Below, one piece after another: positions 59,406 through 64,000 of a DNA stretch of 64,000 nucleotides. The notes below the pieces were generated by a model, which saw only the letters and a list, made by a program, of their open reading frames with translations, had not been told where the DNA came from and ran no database searches. Each line of letters opens with the position of its first letter. The stretch's first letter is position 1. The DNA is from Candidatus Peribacteria bacterium (GTDB taxonomy: Bacteria > Patescibacteriota > Gracilibacteria > UBA1369 > LOWO2-01-FULL-3): positions 2,013-66,012 of the forward strand of contig CALRGJ010000003.1 in the NCBI GenBank assembly GCA_943357285.1, read 5' to 3'. Position numbers and translations under genes: made by a program.

Positions 59406-61217
59406 ATGGATCTTAAACATATTAGAAATTTCTGCATTATTGCGCATATTGACCATGGAAAGTCCACTTTGGCTGACCGTTTTCTCGAAGTGACGTCTAC
59501 TCTTAATAAGAGGGATATGAAGCATGGCCAGATGCTAGATACGATGGAATTGGAACAAGAAAGAGGTATTACCATCAAACTTCAGCCTGTAAGAATGAAT
59601 TGGAATTATAAGGGAGAGGACTATGTTCTCAATCTTATTGATACTCCGGGACATGTGGATTTCTATTATGAGGTTTCTCGTAGTCTTGCGGCTTGTGAAG
59701 GCGCTATTTTAGTGGTGGATGCCACTCAAGGAATTGAGGCTCAGACATTGGCAAATTGCTATATGGCCATGGAGCATAATCTGGAAATTGTGGCTGTTTT
59801 GAATAAAATTGATCTTCCTTCTGCGGAAGTGGATAGAAGAGCGAAGGAAATTGAGACTGCTCTGGGAATTCCAGCGAGTGAAATTATTGCGGTGTCTGCG
59901 AAAGAGGGAACAAATGTGGAAGCTATTCTAGAAAGAGTAATTGAGAAAGTTCCTTGTCCAAAAACCGCTGAAACTGATGAGTTAAAAGCTTTAATTTTTG
60001 ATTCAATTTACGACACGTATAAAGGTGTAGTGGCTTTTGTGAGATTGCGTTCCGGATCTGTAAAAAGAGGAGATAAAGTGACTTTTTTGAATACTCAAAA
60101 AGAAATCGAAGTTTTGGAGGTTGGGTATTTGAAACCTAAGTATCAGCCGGCGGATGTACTTTTGCCTGGTGAAGTGGGTTATATAGTGACTGGTTTGCGT
60201 AATGTGCGTGAATGTCGTGTGGGTGATACAGTTTGGCATTCGGGGTCTACTGGCATGACTATGGAGCAAGCAGAGCCTCTGGAGGGATATAAGATTGTGA
60301 AACCTTTTGTATTTGCGGGAATTTTCTGTGCTGAATCTGATGATTATCCTTTGCTTCGTGAATCTTTAGATAAACTTAAATTAAATGATAGTTCTTTAAC
60401 TTTTGAGCCTGAGCATTCTGGTGCTTTGGGTCATGGTTTCCGTTGTGGATTCCTTGGGCTGTTGCATATGGATATTGTGCAGGAACGTCTAGAGAGAGAA
60501 TACAATCTTACCTTGATCGCGACAGCGCCATCTGTTTCTTATATTGTGGTGAATAGCAGAGGGGAAGAAAATATGATTTCTAGTCCGGCGGATTTACCAG
60601 ATCCAGCGACAATTCAGGATATTAAAGAGCCTTGGGTGAAGGTGGAAATTTTGACACCAAGCGAGTCTATGGGAGCGATTATGACACTTTGTGCTGACAA
60701 GCGTGGTATTTCCAAAAACATGCAATATATAGATGAAAAACGTGTAATTTTACACTTTGAAATGCCTTTGGCCTCTATCGTCGTAGATTTTTACGATCAA
60801 TTAAAGAGTATTAGTAGTGGATATGCTTCGATGAATTATGAGCATTTGGATTATAGAGTAGGTGATTTGGTTAAATTGGATATTTTGATTGCTGCTGAGA
60901 AGGTGGATGCGCTGGCTTTGATTGTGCATAGAAAAGACGCTTTTTATGTGGGTAGTGATTTAGTGAAGAAGCTTAAGGAGTTAATTCCTAAACATCAGTT
61001 TACGATTGCGTTACAGGCGGCCATTGGTGGCAAAATTATTGCTCGTGAGACTATTGCGGCGTTCCGTAAGGACGTTACCGGTTATCTCTATGGTGGAGAC
61101 GTGACTCGTAAGAATAAGCTCTTGGACAAGCAGAAAAAGGGTAAGAAACGTATGAAGATGATGGGTAAGGTGGAATTGCCACAAGAAGCATTCTTGGCGG
61201 TGTTGAAGAAGAACTAG
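59406..61217 (+). CDS. lepA: Translation elongation factor 4
   Basis: 'IRNFCIIAHIDHGKSTLADR', 'DTPGHVDF', 'NKIDL', LepA-specific C-terminal domain. 603 aa. Confidence 0.97.
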   Translation: MDLKHIRNFCIIAHIDHGKSTLADRFLEVTSTLNKRDMKHGQMLDTMELEQERGITIKLQPVRMNWNYKGEDYVLNLIDTPGHVDFYYEVSRSLAACEGAILVVDATQGIEAQTLANCYMAMEHNLEIVAVLNKIDLPSAEVDRRAKEIETALGIPASEIIAVSAKEGTNVEAILERVIEKVPCPKTAETDELKALIFDSIYDTYKGVVAFVRLRSGSVKRGDKVTFLNTQKEIEVLEVGYLKPKYQPADVLLPGEVGYIVTGLRNVRECRVGDTVWHSGSTGMTMEQAEPLEGYKIVKPFVFAGIFCAESDDYPLLRESLDKLKLNDSSLTFEPEHSGALGHGFRCGFLGLLHMDIVQERLEREYNLTLIATAPSVSYIVVNSRGEENMISSPADLPDPATIQDIKEPWVKVEILTPSESMGAIMTLCADKRGISKNMQYIDEKRVILHFEMPLASIVVDFYDQLKSISSGYASMNYEHLDYRVGDLVKLDILIAAEKVDALALIVHRKDAFYVGSDLVKKLKELIPKHQFTIALQAAIGGKIIARETIAAFRKDVTGYLYGGDVTRKNKLLDKQKKGKKRMKMMGKVELPQEAFLAVLKKN

Positions 61218-61271
61218 GGTGGTGTTTAGCTCTGTTTTTTGCTATAATGTTAGGAATAAATTATTTCTAGT

Positions 61272-62531
61272 ATGCAATTTTTAAAGTGGTTTTTCGGATT
61301 ATTTTCGCAATATGTCAGTCCTTTTGAGAAAAAGGTGGATAAGTTTTTTGTGAATATAAAATCTACAGATAGTTTGAGTTCAATTAAAGATAAATTATTG
61401 GAACTCATGCAGGAAAATTTGATGATTGTGAATGTGTGGCTGGAAAAGAAATTTAAAGGCTATCTTTATTTAACGAAAGATATGCGTAGAAAAATGTATG
61501 CAGACACTCAATTGATTATAAAAAAGTTAGAAGAATTTTGTGCGACACACGTGGTGAAGGTGGATGAGTTGAGGATTTTCTTTAAAGATCATGGCTTTAC
61601 TTTTCCTGACGGTGACGAGGTGAAATTGGCTTATGTGTACCAAATAATGATGTTCTTAGAGCCTGAGAAATATTATCACTATATAAATACTGCCAGTTTC
61701 GGAAAACTTTTGCGCGATCCGAATAAAGAAAAACTGGAAGGTGATTGTAATCAAATTGTGACACTTTATATTTATTTATATTCGTTGAAATATCCGGTTA
61801 GTGATTTGCAAATTAAACTTTTACCAGAGCATGTTTGTCTACATTTTCGTGAAATTGATATTGAATGTACGAATGGTCAATTTGCGAAATATACGGAGAA
61901 TAGAGATGTGCTTCCGGCGACAGAAATTATTTCTACTAACTTGCTTGATTTGAGTGATTTCCGTGAGGATGTGCAAACTATTACGCCAGATGTAATGGTG
62001 AAGAGCGCGCAATTGGCTTATGCAATTAGTAGTTTGAAAACGATGGTGGCGAAAAATTTAAATATTTCTTATCACAATCTTGCTGTTTCGGCGATGAATG
62101 CGCATAAATTCGATTCCGCTATCTTCTATTTTGATAAAGCAGGGGACAGAGAGCAGCTCTTGATTGTTTATCGTAATGCCATGGCTTATTACATGGGTTT
62201 AAAAGATTACAAAAAGGCTCTTTTTTATGCTAGCAAGAGTGGTGATCATGAAATGGAGAAAAATATTAAATTTAATCAAGGAGTGGATTTCTTCAATCAA
62301 AATAATGTGGATGCGGCTTTGGCTATTTTTAGTTCAATTGGAGATGAGAAAATGAAAAAAGCTTGTTATCAGAAGCAATATAATGAATTAGTGGGTCAGG
62401 TTTCTGGCGTGAAAACGCTTCAGGATGCCAAAAATAAGAAATATGTTTACCAGAAAATGTTGGTTTTGGCGGAGAAGATAGGGGATGCGGGTTTGGTGGA
62501 GTCAGTGAAGGGAACTTTGAATAAGATTTAA
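61272..62531 (+). CDS. Hypothetical protein, possible transglutaminase-like Cys-protease fold plus TPR-like C-terminus
   Basis: 'EGDCNQIVTLYIYLYSL' followed by 'EHVCLHF' and 'IDIECTNG' resembles a Cys-His-Asp/Glu transglutaminase core. The C-terminal half is helical-repeat-like. This call is tentative. Confidence 0.35.
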   Translation: MQFLKWFFGLFSQYVSPFEKKVDKFFVNIKSTDSLSSIKDKLLELMQENLMIVNVWLEKKFKGYLYLTKDMRRKMYADTQLIIKKLEEFCATHVVKVDELRIFFKDHGFTFPDGDEVKLAYVYQIMMFLEPEKYYHYINTASFGKLLRDPNKEKLEGDCNQIVTLYIYLYSLKYPVSDLQIKLLPEHVCLHFREIDIECTNGQFAKYTENRDVLPATEIISTNLLDLSDFREDVQTITPDVMVKSAQLAYAISSLKTMVAKNLNISYHNLAVSAMNAHKFDSAIFYFDKAGDREQLLIVYRNAMAYYMGLKDYKKALFYASKSGDHEMEKNIKFNQGVDFFNQNNVDAALAIFSSIGDEKMKKACYQKQYNELVGQVSGVKTLQDAKNKKYVYQKMLVLAEKIGDAGLVESVKGTLNKI

Positions 62532-62631
62532 TAGATTGTGGATGAATGCAATGATCTGTACTTACAAGTCATTTTTTGGTATAATGTAGGGATGTTTCCG
62601 AGCTCGGAAATCAAAAATAACAAAAACAAAA

Positions 62632-64000
62632 TTGAGCGAGAAATTGAGTAAAATTTTGAAAGGTACAACTTATGGATTATTCCTTTTTGCTTTTGCATGG
62701 GTGTCTGGACAGTTGTTTTTTGAGAATCAAACTAATAGTTTAATGACTTCAATATTCTCAAGTGATGGTGCGATTAAGCCGAGTATTGAAAACTTGCGTG
62801 TGATTTATGCGGATGAGCCTGTTTCTCTTGAGCCTACTCTTTATGATCCGACAACGCGTCAAAGATTGATAAATATTTTTGAGCCTTTGGTTAAATTAGA
62901 TAGAGATTTAAATGTGAGACCAGGTTTGGCTTTATCGTGGGGAATGATTGATGATCTTACTTGGAAATTTAGTTTGCGTCCTGATGTGAAGTTTCAGGAT
63001 GGTACTAAACTTGATTCCACTGATGTGAAAGACAGCTTTGAGCGAGCTATTCATGAAAAAAAATCTCAGCTGATTAGTATTTTGGAAACTATAGATAAGA
63101 TTGAAATTGTTGATAGTTCAACTTTCAAAATTATTACAAAAAAGCCTGATCCTTTGCTTTTGCAGAAGGTTTCGACGGTGCTGATTTTCTCAGCTGATCA
63201 GAAAGAAAAAATGCAGATTGATCCTATAGGAACTGGTCCATATAAATTTTCTTCTTGGGAACAAGGAGCTGGATTGATTTTGGATATAAATGCTGATTAT
63301 TGGGGTGATAAACCAAAATTTTCCAGAGTGGAAATGCTGGTCATTCCAGATAAATCTGCGCGTGTAGGAGCATTAGTAAATGGTGAAGCGGACCTTTTGG
63401 ATTTCGTTCCATTTGATGGCGTTTCTCATGTGATAGATCAAGGTTTGTCTATTTCCGCCGTGCCTAGTCTTGAAGTTCAGTTTTTGGTTTTTAATACTAA
63501 GTCTGCTATATTTCAGAATTTGGAAAAGAGAAAGGCTTTTTCTTTAGCTATTGATCCTAAATCATTAGTTGATGTAATTGGAGTGGATTTTTCTAGAACT
63601 ATTAGTCAATTTGTAAGTAATGGAGTTTTCGGTTTTAATCCGGAAATTTTGTCTCATGTTTATAATATTGAGGAATCAAGAAAATTGGCTATAGACAGTG
63701 GATTTAAGGGGCAGACAATTTCTTTGCATTTGCCAAAAACTTTGGAATTGCTTGGGGAACATGTACGTAAGCAAATGTCTGAAATTGGAGTGAATGTTTT
63801 AGTTTCTTATATGGAAAATGATCAATTTATGAAGAGTCTTTCTACTGGAGATGCTGATCTCTATTTTCTTGGATTCAAAGCTGATATTGGAGATTCTAGT
63901 GACTTCTTAAATACTCTGGCTTACAGCAAAGGGTCATTTAATGTCGGTCATTATTCGAATGATAAAGTTGATAAATTAATAGAAGACAGTGCTGTGCAGT
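62632..64000 (+). CDS. ABC transporter substrate-binding protein, family 5 (peptide/nickel type), 3' end outside window
   Basis: Translated by hand, as it is absent from the ORF track because no stop falls in the window. 'LRVIYADEPVSLEPTLYDP', 'FEPLVKLD', 'LSWGMIDDLTWKFSLRPDVKFQDG', 'GTGPYKFSSWEQG', 'YWGDKPKF', 'LVNGEADLL'. The start is uncertain (TTG 62632, 62644 or 62656). Confidence 0.8.
   Translation, partial: MSEKLSKILKGTTYGLFLFAFAWVSGQLFFENQTNSLMTSIFSSDGAIKPSIENLRVIYADEPVSLEPTLYDPTTRQRLINIFEPLVKLDRDLNVRPGLALSWGMIDDLTWKFSLRPDVKFQDGTKLDSTDVKDSFERAIHEKKSQLISILETIDKIEIVDSSTFKIITKKPDPLLLQKVSTVLIFSADQKEKMQIDPIGTGPYKFSSWEQGAGLILDINADYWGDKPKFSRVEMLVIPDKSARVGALVNGEADLLDFVPFDGVSHVIDQGLSISAVPSLEVQFLVFNTKSAIFQNLEKRKAFSLAIDPKSLVDVIGVDFSRTISQFVSNGVFGFNPEILSHVYNIEESRKLAIDSGFKGQTISLHLPKTLELLGEHVRKQMSEIGVNVLVSYMENDQFMKSLSTGDADLYFLGFKADIGDSSDFLNTLAYSKGSFNVGHYSNDKVDKLIEDSAVQ

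Noticed and set aside
62592-62651. 20-codon ATG ORF (MFPSSEIKNNKNKIEREIE) upstream of the ABC binding-protein gene, considered as a second leader peptide.
   Set aside because: It has no biased regulatory codon run and no downstream alternative hairpins. It merely spans the 16-bp palindrome, which is reported separately.

Overview
This is an AT-rich, tightly packed bacterial chromosomal segment that uses the standard genetic code, since TGA, TAA and TAG all end long ORFs. The gene content includes VirB4- and PrgI-like proteins, FemAB, many secreted hypothetical proteins and unlinked rRNA genes. That content looks like a small-genome Patescibacteria/CPR-type organism, but I cannot confirm this without a database search.

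I recognise these housekeeping genes:
- gyrB, rpsU, prmC, prfA, nadB
- a U32 peptidase
- a partial shikimate operon (DAHP synthase, aroB, aroA, aroK)
- tatD, radA, terC, rimK, clpP, lepA
- an ECF sigma/anti-sigma-like pair
- six tRNAs, all with an encoded CCA end
- 16S, 23S and 5S rRNA

The most interesting observations are:
1. A 26-codon leader ORF ends in F-N-W-A-F-F-Y-F-F. It lies between a consensus promoter and mutually exclusive antiterminator/terminator hairpins, directly upstream of the DAHP synthase operon. This has the architecture of a classical ribosome-mediated aromatic amino-acid attenuator.
2. Two paralogous giant (about 1400 aa) AAA_16/STAND-like NTPases flank two paralogous small membrane proteins that carry PTPTGN-x-NAFPTP repeats.
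3. The rRNA operon is split. The 16S gene has its own promoter, processing stem and terminator. About 4.3 kb of protein genes follows, with an inverted tRNA-Ala and a forward tRNA-Ile. The 23S-5S unit is then driven by a perfect TTGACA-17-TATAAT promoter.
4. Five convergent gene pairs share overlapping stop codons (TTAA, TTAG or CTAG) and have no intergenic terminator.

I found no CRISPR array, transposase or integrase.
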